From: Thermoplasmatota archaeon
GTDB taxonomy: Archaea; Thermoplasmatota; JAKEGO01
Direction: 5' to 3'
Length of the DNA stretch: 64,000 nucleotides
Assembly (NCBI GenBank): GCA_028279595.1
Contig: JANQNK010000006.1
Location: 96,001 to 160,000, forward strand
The translations under genes were made by a program, and so were the position numbers. Positions 37,876-46,975 of this stretch are shown piece after piece. Every line of letters begins with the position of its first letter. Within the stretch, counting starts at the first letter, position 1. The notes beneath the pieces are model-generated. The model was not told where the DNA came from. It searched no databases and worked only from the letters and a program-made list of their open reading frames with translations.

Positions 37876-38433
37876 ATCAAGAAACTTGGAACAATAATGT
37901 GCATATTCGTTCTCGTAGGGTTGGTCATGACTGCGGGATGCAGCGAGGACGATGACAGTGACGAAGGCGAATGGGAGCAGGTCGGGGTGTCCATCGCATG
38001 GGACCTGAACGTACAGGTGGACAACTATCGAATCGATATAATCCACGTCGAAGCCGAGAGCTTGGATGTCGTCACATGGTCCGTCCATGACGAGGACATG
38101 CTGGTGGTGGACTGGGACGATCCCGATGGCCGAAACGTCAGGATGCAGGACGACCTGTCGGAGATAAATCATTCCAGCGATGACTATGATATCGCAGTGA
38201 CGAAGCTGTCCGGAACGTTCTACTCCCGGAACCGGACCGGTTCCGCAAGCAGGAACCAGACCTTATGCGTGGTCTTCATGGACATCAACGCAGACGGGAT
38301 GATGAGCAGCGGTGACGCGATCTGGATCCGCTCGCTGGACAATGACGGATGTGCTGGAGAGAACTACAGGTTCAGATTGTTCAATGAACGTGTCGGCGAT
38401 GATTACGGAGAGAGGACATTGCCGGCAACCTGA
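37876..38433 (+). CDS. Hypothetical lipoprotein
   Basis: KK + hydrophobic stretch + TAGC lipobox, acidic linker, D.N.DG..S.GD motif. Start uncertain (ATC 37876, ATG 37813 or 37897). Confidence 0.6.
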   Translation: MKKLGTIMCIFVLVGLVMTAGCSEDDDSDEGEWEQVGVSIAWDLNVQVDNYRIDIIHVEAESLDVVTWSVHDEDMLVVDWDDPDGRNVRMQDDLSEINHSSDDYDIAVTKLSGTFYSRNRTGSASRNQTLCVVFMDINADGMMSSGDAIWIRSLDNDGCAGENYRFRLFNERVGDDYGERTLPAT

Positions 38434-38499
38434 TTGGGAATAATCATCACCGAACATAAACGTTTTAAGCGGCCAGGCAGTTCCCTGCCCGGTGATGTA

Positions 38500-39444
38500 A
38501 TGCGTATAGTGTTCCTAGAGGTGGAGCCGGTGGACGAGCAGTCCGTCTACGAGATGTTCAGCGGCCATGATGTCACGGTCTATCACGAGATATTCGACAT
38601 TCCCAAGTTGAGGGAGGTCTGCGCAGATGCGGAGGTCATCTCGCCCTTCATCTACTCGAAGATCGACAGGAGCGTCATCGACGCCGCACCCGACCTTAAG
38701 CTGATAACGACGAGGTCCACCGGGTTCGACCACGTCGACACGAAATATGCCGCCGAGAAGGGGATCCCGGTCTGCAACGTTCCGCAGTACGGAATGAACA
38801 CCGTCGCCGAACACGCTTTCGCGCTGATCCTCGACATAATCCGCAAGCTCTCGCCCTCTTGGGACACGGTCAAGGCCGGAAAGTTCTCCTATGAAGGGTT
38901 CCGGGGGCGCGACATGAAGGGAAAGACCATCGGCGTGATCGGGACCGGCAGGATTGGTCTCCATGCGGTGAGGATCGCCAACGGCTTCGAGATGGACGTC
39001 ATCGCATACGATGTCTATCACAACGAACCTGCCCGTGCGGAGTTGGGATTCGAATACGTAGAACTCGACGAGCTGATGGAGAGGTCGGATATTATCACCA
39101 TACACCTGCCGTTGCTCGAATCGACCTTCCACCTCATCAACAGGGAACGGATCGACCAGGCGAAGAAGGGAGTTATCATAGTGAACACAGCGCGGGGTCC
39201 GATCGTGGACACCGATGCCATCGTGTACGGTTTCGAGAAGGGCATACTAGGTGGGGCTGGCCTCGACGTGGTCGAGGATGAGCTCTCACTCACCACGGAC
39301 CATCCGCTGCTCGGTTTCGAGAACGTGGTTATCAGTCCGCACACAGCCTTCTACACTGACGAGGCCATGCTGCGGATCCTCGGGACGACGCTGGACAACG
39401 TGAACGGGTTCATCGATGGCACGCCGGTCAACCTGGTCGAGTGA
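38500..39444 (+). CDS. D-2-hydroxyacid dehydrogenase (D-lactate dehydrogenase-like)
   Basis: RSTGFDHVD, NVP.YG..TVAEH, G.IGTGRIG, NTARG, LDV.E.E, SPH.AFYT. Confidence 0.92.
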   Translation: MRIVFLEVEPVDEQSVYEMFSGHDVTVYHEIFDIPKLREVCADAEVISPFIYSKIDRSVIDAAPDLKLITTRSTGFDHVDTKYAAEKGIPVCNVPQYGMNTVAEHAFALILDIIRKLSPSWDTVKAGKFSYEGFRGRDMKGKTIGVIGTGRIGLHAVRIANGFEMDVIAYDVYHNEPARAELGFEYVELDELMERSDIITIHLPLLESTFHLINRERIDQAKKGVIIVNTARGPIVDTDAIVYGFEKGILGGAGLDVVEDELSLTTDHPLLGFENVVISPHTAFYTDEAMLRILGTTLDNVNGFIDGTPVNLVE

Positions 39445-39458
39445 GAGAGGGTGTGTGT

Positions 39459-40385
39459 ATGGTCCTCCTGGAAGAAGCGGACCTCGATGCCTTTCCCTGT
39501 GACGACTGTGACCTGTGCGATGCTGTCTGTCCTGTATTCAGCCTTACCAGGTCGGAAGAGGACTCACCGCGCCATCGTGTCTCCACGGCTCGACAGCTCC
39601 AGAAGGGCGAGATAGAGCCCGATGGGGATGCGTTCGAGGTCATGTTCCGTTCCTCCCTGTGCGGCAGATGCGACGACGTCTGTCCGTCGGAGCTTCCGAT
39701 CTCCGAGGTGATCATCGCAGCAAGGCAGATGCTCATCTACAGCGGACCGGACCGGTCCCGCGGGATGATGGACCGTCTCCTGCGTGAGGGAACACCCTTC
39801 GATCCCGAACCGGCGGTCGAGATCGAGGGGGACGGCACTGTCTACTTCGCCGATCCAGTATCCCGTTCTACGGGGGTCGCTAACTCGGTCGTGAGGGCAT
39901 TGGCCCTGTCTGACACAGGTATCGGCGCCATCGGAGGAAACAGCGGGCTCTACAATCGCATTCTGGGGGATCCCGAGGGCCTTGCAGAGAACTATTCGAA
40001 CTTCATCTCCGTACTCGAGGAGCGCGAGGTCTCCCGATTGGTGATGTCGAACCCCGAGGAGATGGAACATGTCATGCATCACCTGGACCTGGAGGTCGAG
40101 GTCCTGACGCTCGACGAACTGGGCGCCATAGGACCGACCGACCGGGAATACCTGATGACGCCATTCGAATCCCGGGATCGGGTGCCTATGCCCCAGGTGA
40201 GGTCGGCGGGTACCCTAGACATCGACTGCTGTCTCTGGGGAGGTATGCTTCCCCTGAACAAACACACTGCCAAGGACATCGCGTCCGTCACCGGCGACCA
40301 CCTGGTCACGGGGGACCCGCTGACCTGGCAGATACTCGTCAACATGGGCAGGGATATCGTACACGTGGTCGATCTTCTTCAATAG
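39459..40385 (+). CDS. Fe-S protein, GlcF/HdrD-like, with degenerate CCG domains
   Basis: CDDCDLCDAVCP, SPR.R, SSLCGRCDDVCP; remnants YFADP / MSNPEE / DCCLWGG / TGDPLT. Confidence 0.65.
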   Translation: MVLLEEADLDAFPCDDCDLCDAVCPVFSLTRSEEDSPRHRVSTARQLQKGEIEPDGDAFEVMFRSSLCGRCDDVCPSELPISEVIIAARQMLIYSGPDRSRGMMDRLLREGTPFDPEPAVEIEGDGTVYFADPVSRSTGVANSVVRALALSDTGIGAIGGNSGLYNRILGDPEGLAENYSNFISVLEEREVSRLVMSNPEEMEHVMHHLDLEVEVLTLDELGAIGPTDREYLMTPFESRDRVPMPQVRSAGTLDIDCCLWGGMLPLNKHTAKDIASVTGDHLVTGDPLTWQILVNMGRDIVHVVDLLQ

Positions 40386-40388
40386 AAT

Positions 40389-43025
40389 TCACTTCATGCT
40401 CTCGAGCTCGTCGAGTATGGGCTGGATGTGATGGGTGTCGCCCCTCTCCTTGAAGATCTTCTTCGCCTTGTTGAAGAACGTCTTCGCCTGCTTGTCCTGC
40501 CCCATGTCCCTGTGGACGCGGCCTATGAGGAATAGCTTCTCGGCTATCCTTATCGGGGCGTTCCCCTTCTCCGCAAGCTCGAGGCTCTTGTTGAGGTACT
40601 CCAATGCATCCTCGTGATTCCCCTTGCTGGCATGGACGATCCCGTAGGCCATGTTGAGGTGTCCCATGAGAATGTGGTCCATGTCCGATCCGTGGATCCT
40701 CTCGGCCTCCTGGAGCCTCTCCAGGGCGTCGTCGTGCTTCTCCATCTCCGCAAGCGCCCTTACGGAGTTCATCAATGCGAACCCGAGGAGTTCGTGGGAA
40801 CCGCTCCTGCGTCCGGATTCGACGGCCATCTCCCAGTAGTGGTGGGCCTTCTCGATGTCCCCCTTGGAGAAATGGCACTCGCCCATGAGGTCGTAGACAC
40901 GACCGAGCTTGAAGACGTCCTTTCTCCCCTCGAAGAAGTCCAGGCTGACCTTCGCCAGTTCGAGGGCCTTGTCCATGTCGCCCATCGAGATGTAGATGGA
41001 CCCCATGTCGATCAGAAGGTCGTGATACTCGATGTCATGGGTCCCTTCCACGGCGTACTGGATCGCGAGTTCGAGGAGCTCCTTGGCCTTGCCGTGCTCC
41101 CCCTTGTGGATGAACAGCCTGGCAATTGCGCCGTTGACCATGGCCAACAGCCCCTTGTCCTTGGACTGGTTCGCCATGTCGAGAGCGATCTGAAGGTTGT
41201 TGTTGGCGTCGTCGACGTTCCCGAGGCTGAGTTCGAGCAACCCGAGCTGTCTGAATGCATGCGAGCGGGCCACGAAGTTCGTCGTGGATGACGAGTTCAG
41301 CGCCTTGTCGTAGTACTCCCTGGCGTTCTCGTGATCGGTCTCGAGGAAGTACATGTCCCCCTGGAGAATGTATATCTTGTAGAACTGGTCGGTCGGGATA
41401 TTGCCCTCGAGGTCCGTCAGTATGCTCTTGACCTCCGCGATGAGGCCGCGGTTCAGGGACTCGTTCCCGACCTTTCCGAGGATCTCGCTGGCGTCGTCGT
41501 AGTACTCGCCCTTGAGCAGATACCTTATCCCCTTCAGCGAGTCGAAGACCGTCTCCTTGCCGATGAAGTAGTCCGCTGCGTTCTTGCAGTGTTCCTTTAT
41601 CTCGGCCTCGGAGAGCCTAGAGTAGGTCACCTCGCGAAGGAGGTTCTGGAGATAGATCATGCCCGACGGCAGGTCCTGGATCAGGTGGAGGTCGATGAGG
41701 CGGTCGAGCGCCTCCATTGGTGGGTCGATGTAGAGCAGAGCGTCGATCTCGTTGGGATATGTGAGGACCGACGCGTAGTTGAGCAGTTTCCTCTCCTCCT
41801 CCTCGAGGCCGGAAAGCAGTTCGTCCTGGACGAACCGGTAAAGGTCGCTGGGCTTTTTCACGTCGTCGGGGTTCCTTATCAGTTCGAGGGACAGGGGATG
41901 CCCGCCCGTGATCTTGTAAAGGATATCGATGTTCGGTCCGGAGAACCCGCGCGAGCTGAGCATCTCCTCGGTGCCCTCGAAGCTCAGTCCCGACAGCTTC
42001 AGCTCCCCCACGTGGGAACGTATGTTGACGTCCCTCCTGTCGTAGAACTCGGGGGTTGTCCTGGATACGACGACCATCTTGAGGTCCTTGCCCGAAAGGG
42101 CCTCGAACATCTGTCCGAAGAAGCCGGCAAGCTCATCGTTCGCCTTCTCGTAGTTGTCGAAGACGAAGAGCGATGGCACGTCGCCGAGGTTCTCGCCGAT
42201 GAGTTCGATCGCCTCGTTGGTCTGGAACGATGACCTCGAGATCATCTTCTTGAGCTCCCTTGAAGCGTTTAGCGAGAAGAACTCGGCAAGCCTCGAAAGG
42301 ATGCTCCTGATGGTGTCCCATTCCGTGACGTTGCACCACAGTACGCTGTAGTCGCTGGTGAACTCGTCGATTACCTTGGCCAATAGAGTGGACTTCCCGA
42401 TCCCGGTTATCCCCGTGATGACGAGGACCTTCCTCTCGGATATGATCTTCCTCACGGACTCGAGTTCGCGGTCTCGTCCGATGAAGTTGCGTGGCTTTGG
42501 GGCATCGCTCAGCATGTGGACGCGCGTTGACATCTCCTTGTCCTCGGAGATGAACTTCTCGAGAGCCTCCATCTGAACGACATCCTTCCCGTCGTTCGCT
42601 ACCACAAGGACGGTCAATGGGGAGACACCGCCTCCCAGTCTCTCTACGAGGGTGAAAATGGGGACGTCCTCGACCTCGTCGCCGGTCCTTATCTTGATCT
42701 CCACGGCTTCGAGCTTCTCCTTGATGTCCTTCGCCTCGTCGATACCCTTCATGGTGAGGAAATAGATGTTGACCCGTCTCATGTGGCCTTCGACCATTCC
42801 CGTACGGACCTGAATGAGTTCGTCGTTGACGAGTCCCTTGAGCGAACGGGGGACGTGGTTCCAACGGATGCCCACGGCGTCCGCTATGCCCTTCTGGGAC
42901 AGGTCGTGGGGAAGAACTCCGAATATCTCGGTCTGCGACTCGTCTGAGACGTACCTTTCCGCAGGAAACTCGGAAAGATGGAGCAGTATCTTCTCCTTTA
43001 CCGTAAGCAAGCTCTTCTCCGTCAT
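40389..43025 (-). CDS. wHTH - STAND-class NTPase - TPR signalling/regulatory protein
   Basis: N-terminal wHTH (SQKGIADAVGI..NHV.R.LK.L), FIGRDREL, Walker A GITGIGKS, Walker B FVFDNYE, GGHPL.L, C-terminal TPRs. Confidence 0.85.
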   Translation of the reverse strand: MTEKSLLTVKEKILLHLSEFPAERYVSDESQTEIFGVLPHDLSQKGIADAVGIRWNHVPRSLKGLVNDELIQVRTGMVEGHMRRVNIYFLTMKGIDEAKDIKEKLEAVEIKIRTGDEVEDVPIFTLVERLGGGVSPLTVLVVANDGKDVVQMEALEKFISEDKEMSTRVHMLSDAPKPRNFIGRDRELESVRKIISERKVLVITGITGIGKSTLLAKVIDEFTSDYSVLWCNVTEWDTIRSILSRLAEFFSLNASRELKKMISRSSFQTNEAIELIGENLGDVPSLFVFDNYEKANDELAGFFGQMFEALSGKDLKMVVVSRTTPEFYDRRDVNIRSHVGELKLSGLSFEGTEEMLSSRGFSGPNIDILYKITGGHPLSLELIRNPDDVKKPSDLYRFVQDELLSGLEEEERKLLNYASVLTYPNEIDALLYIDPPMEALDRLIDLHLIQDLPSGMIYLQNLLREVTYSRLSEAEIKEHCKNAADYFIGKETVFDSLKGIRYLLKGEYYDDASEILGKVGNESLNRGLIAEVKSILTDLEGNIPTDQFYKIYILQGDMYFLETDHENAREYYDKALNSSSTTNFVARSHAFRQLGLLELSLGNVDDANNNLQIALDMANQSKDKGLLAMVNGAIARLFIHKGEHGKAKELLELAIQYAVEGTHDIEYHDLLIDMGSIYISMGDMDKALELAKVSLDFFEGRKDVFKLGRVYDLMGECHFSKGDIEKAHHYWEMAVESGRRSGSHELLGFALMNSVRALAEMEKHDDALERLQEAERIHGSDMDHILMGHLNMAYGIVHASKGNHEDALEYLNKSLELAEKGNAPIRIAEKLFLIGRVHRDMGQDKQAKTFFNKAKKIFKERGDTHHIQPILDELESMK

Positions 43026-43143
43026 GCTGGTACATCCATCGCGGTCCTAGGTTAGATAATTCGGATAGGACATAAAACACTTTGCCATACGTGTCTACCT
43101 GTAATGTTTAAAATTCAACGCTCACAGGGTATTCGGACCTGGA

Positions 43144-43881
43144 TCAATCAAGGGGCCTGTACTTGACGGTCGGTGTACCGTCTGTCTTCTCATTGCCGTC
43201 GAGGGGAATGACCACGGCCTCCTGGGCCTGTTCCTCGAACGGGACCTGCTCTGCCTGTATGACGTTCTGGTCCGCTCCCGGGGGATGTACGACCGGGCCG
43301 CCGGCCTGATATTCTTCCGCCGGACGGTCCTCCCTCGGTGGTTCGTTGCCCGGTTGCGATTCCATGAATGTGGGGGAATGGCCTTGCTGCTGGGGCTGCG
43401 GGGAAACAACTGCCGGCTGCGGCTGCTGGACCGCCTGCTGGGGCGGTTGCGGTGCGACCTGCTGTTGTGGCGCCGGCGGTCGGGGCTGCTGGGTCGGTGC
43501 AGGCTGAACCGGCTGGGGTGGTTGTGGGGTCCCCCTCCTAAGTTCGAGCGCCTCCGCCTTCAATCCCTCGACCTGTATCTTCAATTCGTCGATGTTGTCG
43601 TGGAGATTGGCGATGATCTCGACGTCCCGGACGTGCCTGTCCTTGAGCCGGGCGATCTCCTCGTCACGCTCCCTGATCTGCTTGGTGATGACCTCCTGTT
43701 GGGCGCCCGCCTTGGCAGCATCGATCCCGCCTCCAGTCCTGAGCCTCTCTATCTCGGCCTCCTTGGCTGCCAGTATGTCCTTGAGCTTCGCCAGTTGAGA
43801 ATGGATATCAGGACGCTTCGGCGGTCCAGCGCTCTTCTCGGTGAGCGAGCGCATCTCCTCTTCTTCAACGATCCTGATCAT
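43144..43881 (-). CDS. Coiled-coil protein with Pro/Gln-rich tail
   Basis: Start MIRIVEEEEM after GGTGA; heptad region, then PQQP-rich linker. Confidence 0.75.
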   Translation of the reverse strand: MIRIVEEEEMRSLTEKSAGPPKRPDIHSQLAKLKDILAAKEAEIERLRTGGGIDAAKAGAQQEVITKQIRERDEEIARLKDRHVRDVEIIANLHDNIDELKIQVEGLKAEALELRRGTPQPPQPVQPAPTQQPRPPAPQQQVAPQPPQQAVQQPQPAVVSPQPQQQGHSPTFMESQPGNEPPREDRPAEEYQAGGPVVHPPGADQNVIQAEQVPFEEQAQEAVVIPLDGNEKTDGTPTVKYRPLD

Positions 43882-43894
43882 GTCCTGATCACCG

Positions 43895-44713
43895 TCAGAC
43901 CTTTCCGGCGCCCCTGCAGTTGGGACATACCTCTTGGACGATGCTTCCGTCCTTCTTCCTAACGCCGATGACACCCTCTCCTCCGCAGACGGGGCAGATG
44001 GCCTGTTCCCCGATGTCCTCGGGTATGGGTATCGTCTCGGGTACCTCGGCGACCTCCGCCGGGATCGGAGCCTCCTCCTGCGGTTCTGGGGCGGCTTCCG
44101 CGCCCTTTACCGTTTCCACCGTCTGGGCCTTCTCATCCTGTTGCTTGGCACCCAGGATAGATCCTGATCCTTCGGGCTTTCCACCGAGGAGTCTACCGCG
44201 CGACTCGGGTTGTGCCGGTGCAGCCTCCTCGACCGGAGCGAAGACCGGGGTCGGTCCCGCCTGGGGCTTCTTCATCGTGTCGCTCATCTGATGGAGCTCT
44301 CCGGTAAGATCGGATATCCGCTGTTCGAGCTCCTCCTTGTAAGCTGTGGTCTTGTCGAGGATCTCCTTGTCGAGCTCGATCTTCTTGTCCCTCTCCGTGA
44401 TCAGTGCTTTGAGGTCCTGTATCTCGCCCTTGAGCGTCTCCAGGATGCCAGGGTCGGTCTCTGCGGCCGGTGGGCCGTCCTTGGGAGCTGGAGCCTTGGC
44501 CTTCTCCTGCTCGAGCGCGGCCTTCGTCGCGTCGAGCTCCTCCTGGAGCTTGGTGTTCTCGTCCTTCATCGTCTTGAGCTCCTGGATCGCCTTGTTGAGC
44601 TTCTCCTTGAGGTTCTCTACGATGTCGGTGATCTGCTTCTTGAGCTTGAGTTGCTCAGACGTCTTCTCCTGCTTCGACCGCTCCATCTCGTCCTCGGTGA
44701 TCATCCTGACCAT
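43895..44713 (-). CDS. Coiled-coil protein with C-terminal DnaJ-type zinc hairpin
   Basis: MVRMITEDE...heptads...CPVCGGEG-x15-CPNCRGAG-KV*. Confidence 0.8.
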   Translation of the reverse strand: MVRMITEDEMERSKQEKTSEQLKLKKQITDIVENLKEKLNKAIQELKTMKDENTKLQEELDATKAALEQEKAKAPAPKDGPPAAETDPGILETLKGEIQDLKALITERDKKIELDKEILDKTTAYKEELEQRISDLTGELHQMSDTMKKPQAGPTPVFAPVEEAAPAQPESRGRLLGGKPEGSGSILGAKQQDEKAQTVETVKGAEAAPEPQEEAPIPAEVAEVPETIPIPEDIGEQAICPVCGGEGVIGVRKKDGSIVQEVCPNCRGAGKV

Positions 44714-44726
44714 TCCGACCCTCCAT

Positions 44727-45521
44727 TCATGTTCTCCCAGTTCCACCGCACCGCGGACATGAGACCTCCTTCTCGGCGTCCCCGTCCTGCACGATCACCT
44801 TCTTTCTCCCCTTGCAGAGGTCGCAGCGTTTCGACCTTCCAGCCAGGGGAGGCGCTAGGTTCAGCACTATTGTGTCGTTAGTGCCACTTTCCTTATTTAA
44901 ACTTTCCAACTGCTGCTTGGCCTTCCTGAGCTCTGCTACGATAGCGCTGGACTTCGTCTTGAGCTCATCGTATCTCGCAGTGTGCTTCTGACCATCCTTC
45001 CTGAGCTTCTCGTTCTCGACAGTCAGGTGCTTGATCCTCTCGATCGCAGCGGGGTCGGGCCCCGATTGGGTTGCCGTCGATGGCGACGCCCTCAACGACT
45101 CGACCTCCGCGAGCAGGTCCCGTCTGATCTGCTCGTACTGGGACTTGATGCCCTCGAACGAACGTATCTGCTGGTCCCTGTCGGTTATCATACGCTTGAG
45201 GATGTCGATCTCCTTCTCTTTCTCGGCGACGCTCTTCGTGATCGCCTGTATCCTCTTCTGCATCTCCCCTACCTTCTGCCTGAAGGATTCGGGTATCTCG
45301 CTCTGCGCCTTGGCCTGACGGATCCTCGTGACCGCCCATTTGAGCTCGTTCTGAAGCGTCTCCTTGGCCGCCGCGCTCTCCTCGAGGTCGGTCCTGAGCG
45401 AATTGATCTGATTGGTCAATGTATCGATGGTCCGAAGATGGATCTCCTCCTCCGCCTTGCCCTTGGCAATGAGCTGCTTGAGACTCTCGACCTGGGCTTT
45501 AAGCGGATCGGACCCTGTCAA
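44727..45521 (-). CDS. Coiled-coil protein with C-terminal DnaJ-type zinc hairpin
   Basis: Heptads...CDLCKGRK-x14-CPRCGGTG-RT*; TTGA overlap with the upstream gene. Confidence 0.8.
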   Translation of the reverse strand: MTGSDPLKAQVESLKQLIAKGKAEEEIHLRTIDTLTNQINSLRTDLEESAAAKETLQNELKWAVTRIRQAKAQSEIPESFRQKVGEMQKRIQAITKSVAEKEKEIDILKRMITDRDQQIRSFEGIKSQYEQIRRDLLAEVESLRASPSTATQSGPDPAAIERIKHLTVENEKLRKDGQKHTARYDELKTKSSAIVAELRKAKQQLESLNKESGTNDTIVLNLAPPLAGRSKRCDLCKGRKKVIVQDGDAEKEVSCPRCGGTGRT

Positions 45522-46975
45522 ACTATACCAGCTCCGTCACACCTAGGACACGTCTCCTCCCTGACGTGGCCGTGCCTGTCCTTGACCCCGACCTTCCCGA
45601 GGCCACCGCATACCGGACAGACCTTGCCCAATGTGTCGCTCACCGGCACCTCGGCCGGCGGAGGGGGCGGTGCGGCCGCCTTGGCCGGAGGTGCCGCCTG
45701 TGCCTCTGCCGGCGCTGCGGGAGGCGGTGGTGCCGCGGCCTTGGTCTCCAGCCTCTCGTTGAGCCTCTGTACGGCGGTCTCGAGGGCAGTGTTCCTTCCG
45801 TTAGCCTCGTCGAGCTCCTTCCTGGTCTTCTCGAGCTCGGCGTTGAGTCCGTCCCTCTCGGCCATGATCATCTTGACGTCGCCGCTCTCCGCGGCGATCT
45901 TCGCGTTCTCTGCCTCCAGGTCCGCGATCCTCTTGTTGAGGCCCTCCCGTTCGGTCTTCCAGGAGGCTTCCTTCTCGGTGAGGGTAGCCTTGACGGCCTC
46001 CATCTGCTCCGACTCTCCGGCCTTGTCGCCCTGGAGCTTGACGTATTCCTGCTTGACGGCCGCGATGGTGTCCTTGACCTCCGTGAGGTCCTTCTTCAGC
46101 TTGGCGTTCTCCTCCTTGAGCTTGACGACCTCAGCGGAACCGGCCTTCTCGAGTTCAGCGATCCTCATGTCCCGCATCTGCACCTCCTTGTTGAGGCGCT
46201 CGATCTCGCGGGTAAGGCCCTGTACCTTGTCCGTGGAACCCGAGCTCTGCTTGACGATCTTGGCGTTCTCGGCCGTGAGCCTCTCGACCTCCCGGGTCAG
46301 GGCGTCCGCCTTCTCCTTGACTGCGGCCGAATCCTTCTGGACCTTCTCGTTCTCGGCGGCGGATATCTCCGCGGCCTCCTTCATGGATGCCAGCGAGGCC
46401 TCGGCGGTCTCGATCCTCTTCGTGAGCTCCGCCCTCTCCTTCTCGACGACCCCGATCGCGGTCTTCATCTCCTCGATCTCGTCGTTCTTCGTCCTCAGGG
46501 AGGTCGTGACCTTCTCCAGCCTCTCCTTGTCAGCGGTCCTGTCCTTGTCGGCCTTCTCGAGGGCCTTCCTGGCGGCCTCGAGACCGGCCAGCGCCTTCTT
46601 CGCTTCCTCGAGCTCGGCAGCTGCCTTTCCTGCCTTCTCGAGGTCCTTCTGGAGCTGATCGTTGGTGGCCTTGAGCCCCTTCAGGGTCTCCTTGGCCGCA
46701 CCGACCGTCTTCTTCATCTCCTCCCTCTCCTTGTCGAGGGAGTCCACCTGTTTCGTAAGGTCTGCGATCCGCTTCTCGGAGGCTGCGGTATCCTTCTTGG
46801 CCGCATCGGCGTCGGCGGTCATCTGTTCCACGACCACTTTTAGGCGCGATATCTCACGCGCCCTTTCCTCGATCTTCCTCTCTGATTCGGATATCCTCTC
46901 CTTCAGTTGGAGGTTCTCAGACTTCTTCTCCTCGTCGAAAAGGTCCTTCTCGTCCTCGGATATCACCTTGATCAT
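45518..46975 (-). CDS. Long coiled-coil protein with C-terminal DnaJ-type zinc hairpin
   Basis: MIKVISEDE...~400 aa of heptads, Pro/Ala linker, CPVCGGLG-x15-CPRCDGAG-IV*. Confidence 0.82.
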   Translation of the reverse strand: MIKVISEDEKDLFDEEKKSENLQLKERISESERKIEERAREISRLKVVVEQMTADADAAKKDTAASEKRIADLTKQVDSLDKEREEMKKTVGAAKETLKGLKATNDQLQKDLEKAGKAAAELEEAKKALAGLEAARKALEKADKDRTADKERLEKVTTSLRTKNDEIEEMKTAIGVVEKERAELTKRIETAEASLASMKEAAEISAAENEKVQKDSAAVKEKADALTREVERLTAENAKIVKQSSGSTDKVQGLTREIERLNKEVQMRDMRIAELEKAGSAEVVKLKEENAKLKKDLTEVKDTIAAVKQEYVKLQGDKAGESEQMEAVKATLTEKEASWKTEREGLNKRIADLEAENAKIAAESGDVKMIMAERDGLNAELEKTRKELDEANGRNTALETAVQRLNERLETKAAAPPPPAAPAEAQAAPPAKAAAPPPPPAEVPVSDTLGKVCPVCGGLGKVGVKDRHGHVREETCPRCDGAGIV

